From IMG/VR virus record IMGVR_UViG_2526164631_000023: a DNA stretch of 64,000 nucleotides, one strand, 5' to 3'. Position numbers and translations under genes: made by a program. This document shows, in pieces, positions 48,401 to 56,121 of this stretch. Source of the stretch: a virus (taxonomy: Duplodnaviria > Heunggongvirae > Uroviricota > Caudoviricetes). The notes beneath the pieces were generated by a model that did not search any database, was not told the origin of the DNA, and saw nothing but the letters and a program-made list of their open reading frames with translations. Every line of letters begins with the position of its first letter. The first letter of the stretch is position 1.

Positions 48401-49365
48401 GTCGTTCGCTTAATAAAGTCACTTCTGAAGATATTCTTAGCTTGTTCCGCAAACCGTCCGGAGAAGGTCTGGAATCATTCTGGAGGACCGTGCTGGCATA
48501 CCGTTTATTCCAGGGCAGGATGAAAGCCTTTAGCAATATCGATGATATTGAACGGATGTTTAATCAGGTCAAGATCGCGAAAATTAAGGCGAAGATCGAA
48601 AAAACACGTTCTGCGCTGGTGGCCTGGCGCGATGCATTGTTTGAGCAATATAAATCACTCAGTGATGCAGATGGATGGGCGGCATTGGAACAGCTGGCGA
48701 ATAATGGGGTAGATGGAGCGAAACTCGCCATTGTTCAGGCTGATAACCCCCTGGAATCACCGGCAGCACAGTGGATTAAGGTGGGGGCTGTCATCAATGC
48801 ATTTGATGAAAAACACATTAGTAAGGACGATTTTGCTGATGCTGTTTCTGTTAATCGCCTGGTAGAAATGGCTACCCGCCGCGCCCGTGAGTTGAAAGAC
48901 GGCGACTATGTGAATGAGTTGCCGGATACGCTCAAATCGGCAACGTGGCAGGACTATGTATCGCTGAAAAACGGCGGGGCCACTGAATCAGAGATCGCGG
49001 AAAGGCTTGAGCAGGCTGAAAGCAAAAGAGAAGAGCAGGCGGCAGTGGCTGAAGCCAGAGCTGATGAAGCGGCGAATGATGACTATATCATTGTGGTTAA
49101 TGATAAGCCGATTCGCGCTAAGGCGCGTGTTCGCGGGCGCTGGTGGAGCGTCAGCGAGGACGTTGGCGCGGTTTATCTCATTGCCGACCAACCAGGTTCC
49201 TCGACAATACGGAACGCCAAAGACGCGATTAAGAAGATTGGCGGGCGTTTCTGGAATTTTGAAGCAAACCCGGTTGCTGATGTGAACTTTGACCGTCCTG
49301 CATGGATGGTATCTACGCGTTACTCGGTAGATGAACTGCGTAAAATAATCGCCGATGCGGCCTAA
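42454..49365 (+). CDS. darB: DarB-like giant antirestriction protein: N6-adenine methyltransferase plus SF2 helicase (2303 aa)
   Basis: MTase motifs VLEPSAGTGIF and VGNVPFGE; helicase GFGTGLGKTT and DEGHNYRN; size close to P1 DarB as remembered; start uncertain. Confidence 0.75.
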   Translation: MKITFSIPSQPYRIAEFLRFRGGNPLDKLLHSISEASSLGELIEIVSRLHKLRAVATFGVRKADGVSIQKTRRAANNAAVNLLNSLPPGFDGAKLTDEQRQILAGYTGEGGLTDGEGSQYEYYTPQFMAEGIWDLFAGYGIDGGHVLEPSAGTGIFQETKRQGMIMTSAELSPISGRINQLLHPEDDVNIGAFEALAAKDAMYDHAVGNVPFGEGRSGVAGLDPAYANEKNVGNYFVLRTIDKVKPGGLIVLVVPNGMTDGAKYKKLRDKVSRKAEFLGAHRMPSGTFSESGTDTVVDVWVLRKHPEAFLEMIPDTDDSTLKSANVLWDTFLKGKWFTTEGKRFVYGDMERTSFRNTLVVKKDGRVSNESMKTALSRRFDSRINWDLLGVTTQAWQGAKVGDKRLVGGIWHEFDGLKWVKDTTTKSSALDVSRYGVSTFGDLQIAFQSTNGILALSWDQISAIASDYPSVVSDEVAAMIRFAGKQREKDRERVMRGALIGQLINKALDLRNLGVNVDDKLADASRLAAAEVAKYGPPHAIKLNGLAEAGAKNWMTFTGNVKQDGSTSDLLAGRLDVTDGAAGIDFTRPEQVIAHLFSDVALNPITLGDFREAFAGELPEDDDAALEYLAKFDDIAIDGYGCLLPMDRATSGDVATKTALLMGWRDASTGEQKANFERQLAKIEEKRIFTPLNKVTVNLNARWLDRRLIKEFLAEQGYDEFKYTEPDLKVVDGILVSPDDYEGKDGVFTGYQLRTVNGKNGNEFKKANNKDGFLNQLENYLNGVKPRGQNANEYLDKIAQLEVSFNDWLRTHPQADQIAREYNDAFNGFIPFTHSDAPLGLEGLSGKRIPLTYQNEEVRRLSEDGRGIMGFGTGLGKTTTALALEAYNFETGRTKRTCIVVPKAVYQNWYHEAQSFYSADAFANMMFIGLDEVRDDSGNILTAPVLDENGEPRLDSNGQPLTRNVVKESASAVIVQRMNMIPSSNWRTVIMTKEQFASIPLREKTIEENSQQAVFNAVEMGRLDLASGKHRDAQKKNKIKDQAANTGTTKKQNIPYFEDMNFDSVIADEGHNYRNSFNAGREAGQLAYLPNPAVSKMARDMAVKAAYMMKRNNGRGVVMLTATPLVNSPIDAFNMLSTVIPQEEWMRMGIVTPDDFVRVFGKTATVQVQKISGEVEEKQGLVGFQNLDGLRGIFHRWTTLKTAADVGATVKIPDIIENTLQIPMTGEQEAAYEELRKRAQELSRNDELTVDENGHITNDKPDDFIFSIIRDMDKVAIDPDLYASAITFQFPVELADKVKAIADALPKVAGGKVADDADEAEEDGAGGLVSTRTSKVVKTTFSEHPAHVEIRASIELEAEILKAIAAAGIDLQQVSHPIPPKYAALIENLREGLKNGKQIVFIDEKAQHQKLRRIIASALQMPEQEIGIINATTVSQAGGIKLKKVNKPTEPTPNKNGEYKEGAWETYYSKLAQYEDYLSAKNDAGLEGMEGIAADYNEGRTRIIICNKKAEVGINLHIGTTDIHHLTLPWTPASIDQRNGRGARVGSPQEKVNVHYYCGKGTFDDFRLDTLKRKKDWIKMVMTSDMSEIANGDADDADERAIMLAANPEERRAIMARQAQEREERLKLKAQREANNALDIYLKAANAAGKDIGMMETELKSAMEQIEYYQRNLDDLIKAGTNRNGQKYALEQLSSYRKRARVLRFAITRAKDADTIMKRSRGDVERAIKSGVLDISIDVIQNPQEYMRTDKNILLHKGSYYRAVIDDRETTAIVRVEKIDGEKAQYLCRIAWLDRASRYARAPGSIITLPFDSVIEAVTFEEGVAESRATAARGVQCHQLSTILTRDQFYDAIRNGVMNVIAGKPGNAWGGGSAIKYWAYRTDDGQIALSSAYDGVIGQKIGRASDIAPERWIYPDGNDEALKREVAKIQASDNPLNIVDGEGFLQALYGYDYIQGMQAWGAQATMDDVAQEFENWMAGRGLSGRSLNKVTSEDILSLFRKPSGEGLESFWRTVLAYRLFQGRMKAFSNIDDIERMFNQVKIAKIKAKIEKTRSALVAWRDALFEQYKSLSDADGWAALEQLANNGVDGAKLAIVQADNPLESPAAQWIKVGAVINAFDEKHISKDDFADAVSVNRLVEMATRRARELKDGDYVNELPDTLKSATWQDYVSLKNGGATESEIAERLEQAESKREEQAAVAEARADEAANDDYIIVVNDKPIRAKARVRGRWWSVSEDVGAVYLIADQPGSSTIRNAKDAIKKIGGRFWNFEANPVADVNFDRPAWMVSTRYSVDELRKIIADAA

Positions 49366-49401
49366 CAGATAAGGAGCGGCCCCAACCGGGGCCGAATTTG
49401 A

Positions 49402-49836
49402 ATGACGACATTAATTGACACTGTAAAACCGACGGAATCCTACCTTGATGACAATTTGCCGCAGGCGCTCAATGGCAGGAGTGAAGAGGCGTTTCTGGAT
49501 GCATATCTGAATGGCATGGTGGAAAGGCTGAAACGAGATCCACAGCTTTATCACCTTTATGGGCCGTGGTGGCCTGCGCTTAAAACGTTATTGCTGGAGC
49601 GCGGCGACATATCATTTGGACAAGTTGTAGATAGTGATGTGGCAGAGATCTACAAAATGAGTCGCCCGGCGCTTACGGTTTTGGCTGGGCATCTGTATTC
49701 GAGCGATCGCCTGGAAAATGACGCGGTATACAATCCTGTTCATGCTCTGGAAGTCGCACCTTATGCCGATGATACAGAGCCATACGTGTACACAAGTTAC
49801 GACGAGTCTATAGAGAAATATCGAATCATGGGGTAG
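49402..49836 (+). CDS. Hypothetical protein (144 aa)
   Basis: ORF only. Confidence 0.3.
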   Translation: MTTLIDTVKPTESYLDDNLPQALNGRSEEAFLDAYLNGMVERLKRDPQLYHLYGPWWPALKTLLLERGDISFGQVVDSDVAEIYKMSRPALTVLAGHLYSSDRLENDAVYNPVHALEVAPYADDTEPYVYTSYDESIEKYRIMG

Positions 49837-49838
49837 CC

Positions 49839-50099
49839 ATGCGAAAGAATCGTAGGTTTACGGTCGAAGACCTAAAGGAATATTCCATATCGAAGGGGTA
49901 TATCCTTGAGTTCCACCGATACAAGAAGGTTTTTACGCTGCGAAAAGCAGAAAACCCTGCGAACTGGAGCTGGATATACTTTCCTCACACCGATGATAAG
50001 TTGGTAGAACTTGTTGATGATTTAACCTATGAAGGTTGGTTGATCGCAATCGACAAGACAATCAAAGAATTATCCGAACAGGATAAAATAACCCTTTAA
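49839..50099 (+). CDS. Hypothetical protein (86 aa)
   Basis: ORF only. Confidence 0.3.
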   Translation: MRKNRRFTVEDLKEYSISKGYILEFHRYKKVFTLRKAENPANWSWIYFPHTDDKLVELVDDLTYEGWLIAIDKTIKELSEQDKITL

Positions 50100-50270
50100 A
50101 AATAACAGGTTGGGTAAATGCCATGCGATTTACCCTCCTTGTTGATTAAGGTCACTCTTTACTCTAAAAGCAAATCCGACCTGTTGCATATAGACCATCC
50201 TTGAGTAGTATCTCTCTTGTTTTACAAATCTAACGTTGTTGTTATTATTTCGCATATTTACTATCAATGA

Positions 50271-50287
50271 GTGTGTTAGAAAAATAG
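50271..50287 (+). promoter_or_regulatory. Operator-like motif copy c (GTGTGTTAGAAAAATAG)
   Basis: Upstream of the VRR-NUC gene. Confidence 0.4.
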
Positions 50288-50433
50288 CGCGAAAGAGAAG
50301 GCGTCGCAGTGAATATTCTGAAACATCCCCACATGCCGCAGCTCTTAGAGAACTGGAGAAAAACCCAGATCTAATCAAAAGGAACCATGAGCATTACGAG
50401 CAGGTTCGCGTCCTGGACTGGTTGTATCGCAAT

Positions 50434-50730
50434 ATGCGTTATGTGTATGAGCATACTCACGCCACTCCAAACGGTGGTCTGCGAGGCATAAGGACGGCAA
50501 TAAAAATGGTGGCAGAGGGCCAAAAGAAGGTATATCCCGATCTTTCTATAGACCTTGCTTGTGGGGGATACCACGGAATGCGCATTGAGATGAAACATGG
50601 GAGAAATCGCCTGACTCCCGAACAACTCGTCTGGATGACTCGCCTCACTGAAGCCGGTTACTACTGCTTTGAGGCGCGCAGTGCCGCTGAAGCCATAAAA
50701 GCTATCACGGAGTATGTTTGTCTTGATTAA
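50434..50730 (+). CDS. VRR-NUC domain nuclease (PD-(D/E)xK superfamily)
   Basis: YPDLSIDL..GMRIEMKHGRNRLTPEQLVWMTRL matches VRR-NUC pattern; the 5' part of track ORF 50236..50730 covers the operator, so start likely internal. Confidence 0.45.
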   Translation: MRYVYEHTHATPNGGLRGIRTAIKMVAEGQKKVYPDLSIDLACGGYHGMRIEMKHGRNRLTPEQLVWMTRLTEAGYYCFEARSAAEAIKAITEYVCLD

Positions 50731-50744
50731 ACGGAGAAATCGTT

Positions 50745-50945
50745 TTGCGTTTACTTAACGTGGCAGAACTTATCCCTGCAGGAACTAATGCTATCGCTCG
50801 TCGTCGCTCATGGCAGCAGGCTCTATGTATTGAGATCTCGAAACGTATCAATGGAAGTTTTGAAGCTCGCAATATTGTTACTGGCGATAAGGTTCACATA
50901 ACCCCGGAAAGTGCAAGCGCTGATGATTGGGAGTTTGTACATTGA
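50745..50945 (+). CDS. Small hypothetical protein (66 aa)
   Basis: ORF only. Confidence 0.25.
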   Translation: MRLLNVAELIPAGTNAIARRRSWQQALCIEISKRINGSFEARNIVTGDKVHITPESASADDWEFVH

Positions 50946-51241
50946 GCAAAAAATATTATGTGAGTCTGGCGTTCGCTGACGATGCGGGGAGGACGCGGAG
51001 TATCACGTTGAGCACACCGGTTAAGGCTGTGACAGCGCCGTTAATCCGTGAAGCTCTCAGAGAGCTGGAATTGGGGGAAAACTCGGCACTGTTGTCGGTT
51101 AGTTGGTTCGGGAAAATGTCAGAGAAACAATACGTGGATGGAGTTACCCCAATAACAGTAATGAGGCTACTTTCATTGCTGCAATGGGCCATCGTACCTG
51201 TATTTATCGCGTATCTTATTTATCAGGCTGCAACACAGTAA
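50927..51241 (+). CDS. Small membrane protein (104 aa, C-terminal TM)
   Basis: C-terminal VMRLLSLLQWAIVPVFIAYLIY hydrophobic segment. Confidence 0.3.
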   Translation: MGVCTLSKKYYVSLAFADDAGRTRSITLSTPVKAVTAPLIREALRELELGENSALLSVSWFGKMSEKQYVDGVTPITVMRLLSLLQWAIVPVFIAYLIYQAATQ

Positions 51242-51248
51242 TTGCATA

Positions 51249-51275
51249 AAAACCCGCCAATTAGCGGGTTTTTTG
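51249..51275 (+). terminator. Intrinsic terminator
   Basis: aacccgc caatta gcgggtt followed by TTTTGTTT. Confidence 0.7.
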
Positions 51276-51315
51276 TTTATTGCATCTTCCGATACCGTCA
51301 TCAAACTAATAAAAT

Positions 51316-51333
51316 ATGTTAGAAAACTAATTT
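51316..51333 (+). promoter_or_regulatory. Operator-like motif copy d (ATGTTAGAAAACTAATTT)
   Basis: Immediately upstream of gene at 51340. Confidence 0.4.
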
Positions 51334-51339
51334 AAAAAA

Positions 51340-52563
51340 GTGACGGGAACAGCAATGAGTCAACACACTGATACTTCTAATCTGGAAATTATCTCGACAG
51401 CAATTGAAACGCTGCGCACACAAATCGCTCTTATACAGAAACGGAATCCGGGTGATGACCTGTCAAAGCGACTGCACGAGAGTGTCATTGCCACTACAGA
51501 TAACCTGGTGGCGGAAATCAACAAGCTGCTTGATGATGGGGCAGTTGATTACAATAAGCTGGTGGATCAGTTTGAGGAATACCAACAAGCAGTTAATGAT
51601 GGCTTGATCCGTTTTTCACAAGTCACAGGCGTATCAGCGACAGTTGAAAGCCTGGGTGATGCAGTTAATCAATTTGCCGCGAATATGCGTAATGAGATCG
51701 GCAATCTGGAAGCGCGTCTTGAACAGGCAAATACACTGCGTAAATCTGCCGAAGCCGATTTGAACCGTTACAAAAAAGACTATCCGCCAAGCCTGACAAA
51801 GCGGCTGGATGTTGCGGAGAAGGATAACCGCACGCTGAAAAGAGAGCGCCGGGAACTAAAAGAGCGTTTAACCAAGCTCAATCAGCAATGCATTGATTAT
51901 CAAGGCGAAGGCGTCACACTGCGTAAAAAGTTGGCTACAGCGCAGAGCATTATCGAAACATTAAAGCGAGAGTGCTCACAGCTTGGTCACGATCTGAACC
52001 GTGCTTGTGGCATGGGACAAAGACCAGAGACATTTCCACTTATGTATGATGGAAGGGATGCCATTGCCTACATCCATGAGTATCCGCACGGCCTGGTTGC
52101 GGAAACTGGGCAGCGTGGCGAAGCACTGCTGACGGCTAATTACCATCAACAAATCAGAACCAATCGCCTGTTAACGATGGATGTGATCCCATCGGTATGG
52201 GGAACGCCGCTTTACTATCGCCTGCCGGGCTTCGAAAAGGACTGGAATACCGACATAGACGAATGTCTCGCAGATAAAATTATGGCGTACCTGGAGACGG
52301 ATTTTCCGCGCTTATATCGCCGGATTATGGACTCTAAGGATGCGCCAATCGATGAATTAAAAATGCGTCCGGAGACGCTGGAGGCAATCAAGCAGACGGA
52401 GTTTGATACTGTATTCAGTGTGGCCTGCATTCCAAGCTGTTTCCATGAAAGCATCCCGTTCATGCAAGGAGATCGTCGTCAGGAAATCATTGACGCTTGC
52501 CGGGTATGGGCGAACGAATGGGATAAGAAGAATGGGGGTGTAGAAGATCTTTATGGGAAATAA
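51340..52563 (+). CDS. Hypothetical protein, N-terminal coiled coil plus C-terminal globular domain (407 aa)
   Basis: GTG start; alternative ATG at 51355. Confidence 0.3.
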   Translation: MTGTAMSQHTDTSNLEIISTAIETLRTQIALIQKRNPGDDLSKRLHESVIATTDNLVAEINKLLDDGAVDYNKLVDQFEEYQQAVNDGLIRFSQVTGVSATVESLGDAVNQFAANMRNEIGNLEARLEQANTLRKSAEADLNRYKKDYPPSLTKRLDVAEKDNRTLKRERRELKERLTKLNQQCIDYQGEGVTLRKKLATAQSIIETLKRECSQLGHDLNRACGMGQRPETFPLMYDGRDAIAYIHEYPHGLVAETGQRGEALLTANYHQQIRTNRLLTMDVIPSVWGTPLYYRLPGFEKDWNTDIDECLADKIMAYLETDFPRLYRRIMDSKDAPIDELKMRPETLEAIKQTEFDTVFSVACIPSCFHESIPFMQGDRRQEIIDACRVWANEWDKKNGGVEDLYGK

Positions 52564-52564
52564 T

Positions 52565-52582
52565 GTGTTAGAAATCTAAAAT
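52565..52582 (+). promoter_or_regulatory. Operator-like motif copy e (GTGTTAGAAATCTAAAAT)
   Basis: Start of the non-coding region upstream of the tRNA cluster. Confidence 0.4.
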
Positions 52583-52720
52583 CACAATTCGAATGTATTG
52601 ATTGTGAAGATAACTTAACATAGAATTTTCCTTGCTGGTGGGCGGTACCCACGTTTCGCTTGCTGGGCTTGATAGTCACTTATTGGTTATTGTTCGCCCA
52701 CCAGCATTTAACAAATTAAA

Positions 52721-52737
52721 GTGTTAGAAATGTATAG
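52721..52737 (+). promoter_or_regulatory. Operator-like motif copy f (GTGTTAGAAATGTATAG)
   Basis: Second copy in the same non-coding region. Confidence 0.4.
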
Positions 52738-53798
52738 TAATGCAAGAGCACGCTTTGGCACCGTGCAGGCCAAAGTTCAGCAGGTTTAGTGCGGAAAGTG
52801 GTTTCAGAGAGAGCACTTTGCGGAGTAAACGACAATACATGTTGAGCCACGGAAGGTCTTTTTAAGGTGTTCATTGATGATGGTCCGGCAGAGAGTAACG
52901 GTACATGCTGCATCTAATCATCAATGCACATCTTCAACATTAAGGAGGCATAGGGATTTTTGTGGCGGTTACCTTTTGCCCTGAGTCTCCTTAATGTTGC
53001 GGTAATGCACCTATGCGGATGTGGCCTTGCATTGTGTCTTGAAAGAATGGGGTAAGGCCGGGGATATCCCCAGGGGGAGGCACCCCCGCTGCAACGAACA
53101 GCCACAGACGGCAGTCGAGTGATGGAAACGTGTAAAGACTTTAAACCTCGTTACGGCTGGCGTGGCAAACGCGACAACCGAGACAGAGCGGTGACGGGCG
53201 GAGAGAGTGCCGCATCAAGAAAGAAGCCGACTTGTGATCCCTTTCAGCGGGCATTTGAAAGTGAATCCAGCTCAGGCAGTCGGCTTCTTTCTTGTGTGAG
53301 ATGTAGCGTATTTGCCCATCTTCGGGTGGGCTTTTTTAGGGTTTTCGTCATGGTTAGCGACTTTGCGGCGGTTTAGAAACTGACCATTAAAGTAAATGCA
53401 AACGATGATCTGATGATGGTAGCGGCCTAAGAAGCCAGACGCCACGGGGTATGAGTCGTCCCCCGTCAAAAAAATCGACCGCAGAGTGTCCCCGTCTGTG
53501 TATTAGGGAACGGGGAGGCATAACAGGCAAGGGCGCTGGTGTGATTAACCAGATGAATGAGAAGGGTCAGGTCTTTCTGGTCAGCGCCCTTACCTGTTGC
53601 GTCCTTCCCGCGTAACAGCCATTGCTTAATGGCATCCTGGGAGAACTTCTTGTAACGGGTATATCCCGTCATGCTGAAGGCGCTAATCACGCTGGAAGCC
53701 AGGGTTGTGCATCCCCTGTTACCGAATTGCAGCCAGGGCGCGGTGCGCCGAAAAGCATACGGAGGTGGAAGCCCTCGCCGGAGACGTACCCGGCAAGT

Positions 53799-53874
53799 GA
53801 TGGTGTAGCTCAGTAGGATAGAGCAGCAGCCTTCTAAGCTGTCGGTAGGTGGTTCGAATCCACCCACCATCGCC
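53799..53874 (+). tRNA. tRNA-Arg (anticodon TCT)
   Basis: Hand-folded cloverleaf: acceptor gatggtg/caccatc, T-arm ggtggTTCGAATccacc, anticodon loop cTTCTAa, 3' CCA encoded. Confidence 0.65.
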
Positions 53875-53879
53875 AATTT

Positions 53880-53967
53880 AGGGGAGTTAGTCCGTAGGGG
53901 TAGCGGGGTAGACTGTAAATCTACTGTCATTGCGACTCGGGTGGTTCGACTCCATCACTCCCCACCA
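53880..53967 (+). tRNA. tRNA-Tyr (anticodon GTA), long variable arm
   Basis: Acceptor ggggagt/actcccc, anticodon stem-loop gtaga-cTGTAaa-tctac as in E. coli tRNA-Tyr, T-loop TTCGACT, CCA encoded; D-arm irregular. Confidence 0.55.
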
Positions 53968-53971
53968 AATT

Positions 53972-54047
53972 GCCGGTTTAGCTCAGTTGGTAGAGCAGTC
54001 GCTTTGTAAGCGAATGGTCAGCGGTTCGATCCCGTTAACCGGCACCA
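53972..54047 (+). tRNA. tRNA-Thr (anticodon TGT)
   Basis: Acceptor gccggtt/aaccggc, D-arm gctcAGTTGGTAgagc, anticodon loop tTTGTaa, T-loop TTCGATC, CCA. Confidence 0.65.
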
Positions 54048-54501
54048 ACACAACAGGTAAGAGCATTTGTAGAGTTCGACTCTCTACCGTGGGCTTTTTC
54101 CCGCGATGCGAGCCATAAATGCTCTTACCGTTGTGATGAAGTGCAGCTCTTTGAAGCAACCAGAAGATAAGCATCTGGCTTCACAACATAAACCGCAGGA
54201 ACGACCAATAAACGGTAGTCCGTATGGAGAACACCCCGTTGAGGAAGAGGTCTGGCCGGAACCGTAACCGGCACTACAACGTTGAGAACACTGGCGTAAC
54301 GGGGTCATATCCCAATCTACGAATAAATGTTGCGTTGCAGCGTGACAACCAGTGTTCTCAACATTGTGGTGAATGCGCAGGCTGATGCGCGAAAGACATT
54401 GCAGCTATTGCGGAAAAGAGCTGTTCGGCGGGGCAATTAAACGCCCGTGAGAGTCTGAAATAACCGCAAGCCGGAGATCAGCACCGGTCGCCACAATAAC
54501 G

Positions 54502-54588
54502 GGAGAGTAGGGAGCATGGTGCTCAAGCGGTCTTGAAAACCGTCCCATTGCGCAAGCGATGATGGTTCGATTCCATTACTCTCCGCCA
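54502..54588 (+). tRNA. tRNA-Ser (anticodon TGA), long variable arm
   Basis: Acceptor ggagagt/actctcc, anticodon stem-loop gcggt-cTTGAaaa-accgt (as in E. coli serT), T-loop TTCGATT, CCA. Confidence 0.55.
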
Positions 54589-54879
54589 GTGCAACGTTAA
54601 GAGTATTTGGCTAATTAAGCGAATGCCGGAAGCAGAACCGGATCACCAAATGCGTACAGGCGTCATCGCCGCCCAGCCAGCCAAGTGCTCTTACCATTGC
54701 GGTGAATGCGGCTAAGCGCACGCGGAACAGTTAAAACAGTAAAGGTGGTCTTTTTACTGGCGTAACGAGAATCCATAAGTGATCCGGCGTTAATTGTTAA
54801 CTGGTTAACGTCACCGGGAGGCACCCGGCACCGCAACCTAACAGCAATGGCGTTTTGTCTTAAAAGGTGGCTGCAAGTG

Positions 54880-55008
54880 ATGGATTTTTGGGCGTTTGCC
54901 GATAAAAACCCGGAGTGGACATTATTGTTTCTGCTGGTGGTTGCATACGGGGTAGAGCAAGCGGCAAAAGCCTTACGCGGTTCTGGCAAAAAGCGTAAGC
55001 GTAATTAA
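54880..55008 (+). CDS. Candidate small hydrophobic peptide (42 aa) between tRNA-Ser and tRNA-Ile
   Basis: SD aaggtgg 9 nt upstream of ATG; MDFWAFADKNPEWTLLFLLVVAYGVEQAAKALRGSGKKRKRN. Confidence 0.25.
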   Translation: MDFWAFADKNPEWTLLFLLVVAYGVEQAAKALRGSGKKRKRN

Positions 55009-55017
55009 CAGTAATCT

Positions 55018-55093
55018 GGCCCTTTAGCTCAGTGGTTAGAGCGGGCGACTCATAATCGCACGGTCACCGGTTCAAGTCCGGTAGGGGCCACCA
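55018..55093 (+). tRNA. tRNA-Ile2 type (anticodon CAT, ileX-like)
   Basis: ggccctttagctcagtggttagagc..gactCATAAtcgc..ggttcaagtcc..aggggccacca is near-identical in layout to E. coli ileX as remembered. Confidence 0.7.
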
Positions 55094-55545
55094 CATTTGG
55101 TTGTAACACGGCGTATGGCACATGCGTCGTTAGCGGTCTGGTGTAGCTGTTAGGTACCTTTTACTAACACTGCATGGGCACACCAGGTAGCCGGAATGTG
55201 CAAGCCCCGTTCATAGCGTCGGACTGCGGATTCACCATCCTGGCGATTCGGTGTGACAGCCGGAAGAGCACGGCGCACAACAGGAAAAGGCGTTTAATTA
55301 GCGTGAGCGCCGTTTCCGTTGTGGTAATTGCGGCTATGCGCTCGTGACGAAGCCATTTTCATTCACTACGTTCTGATAAGTGACGTCGCCAGGAGTGGCT
55401 AACCTGGCAGGTGGAGGCACCACCGCCACAACTCCTTTCAATTCATCATATAGCCGCTCAGGCTGTACCCCTTAATTAATACGAAGTTACGACATCACTA
55501 CCGGTACTTCCGGGGGATAGTCGCGCGTGTAAAAAAGGAGACGTT

Positions 55546-56121
55546 ATGTTAATGGCGAACGATAACGCATATGCAGAAGAAGATCTCATTTTGAGTGACT
55601 TCATAGGGAAGCGGGAACGCTGGACCAAAAAGCGAGAGGAACTTTACGCCTCATTAGTTCGCAAAGGCGTCAATATCGAAACCGCACAGAGCGGTGATAT
55701 GACAGTGGTAAGCGTGGATTTGCACGGTGTAAGCGTGTCAGCAATCAATCATGAGCCATACGTTGCGTTATCCGAGTCAATGGTAAGGTTAGTTAAGTTC
55801 CTGAAGTACACAGAAGCGAATAATGTAATCATTGGCAAAAAGAATATCCCTTTTTCCTCGGCTTTTTACTGGATGATGAAAGGGCTTGATGCCCGGCGGA
55901 CATCATGGCCTAAAGGGAGCTATATATCGATGTTCCGTGGCAGCATTGGCAGCAAAGAAAAGCTCTTCGAATTCTTGCCGGAAGAGGCATTCGATATTGT
56001 GGAAGGGTGCGATGTGATGGTGATGCCTCGCCTGGTAATGATGAATGGTGATTTACAGGCGCAGACAGACTGGTTTGCAACTGGTGTGGATATTATCGCG
56101 ACTGACTGGGAGGCTTTCTGA
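55546..56121 (+). CDS. Hypothetical protein (191 aa), C-terminal ..ATDWEAF
   Basis: ORF; C-terminus resembles small phage DUF-type domains. Confidence 0.3.
   Translation: MLMANDNAYAEEDLILSDFIGKRERWTKKREELYASLVRKGVNIETAQSGDMTVVSVDLHGVSVSAINHEPYVALSESMVRLVKFLKYTEANNVIIGKKNIPFSSAFYWMMKGLDARRTSWPKGSYISMFRGSIGSKEKLFEFLPEEAFDIVEGCDVMVMPRLVMMNGDLQAQTDWFATGVDIIATDWEAF

Noticed and set aside
53466-53930. 154-aa minus-strand ORF
   Set aside because: Runs antisense across tRNA-Arg and tRNA-Tyr; translation includes the tRNA T-arm reverse complement.
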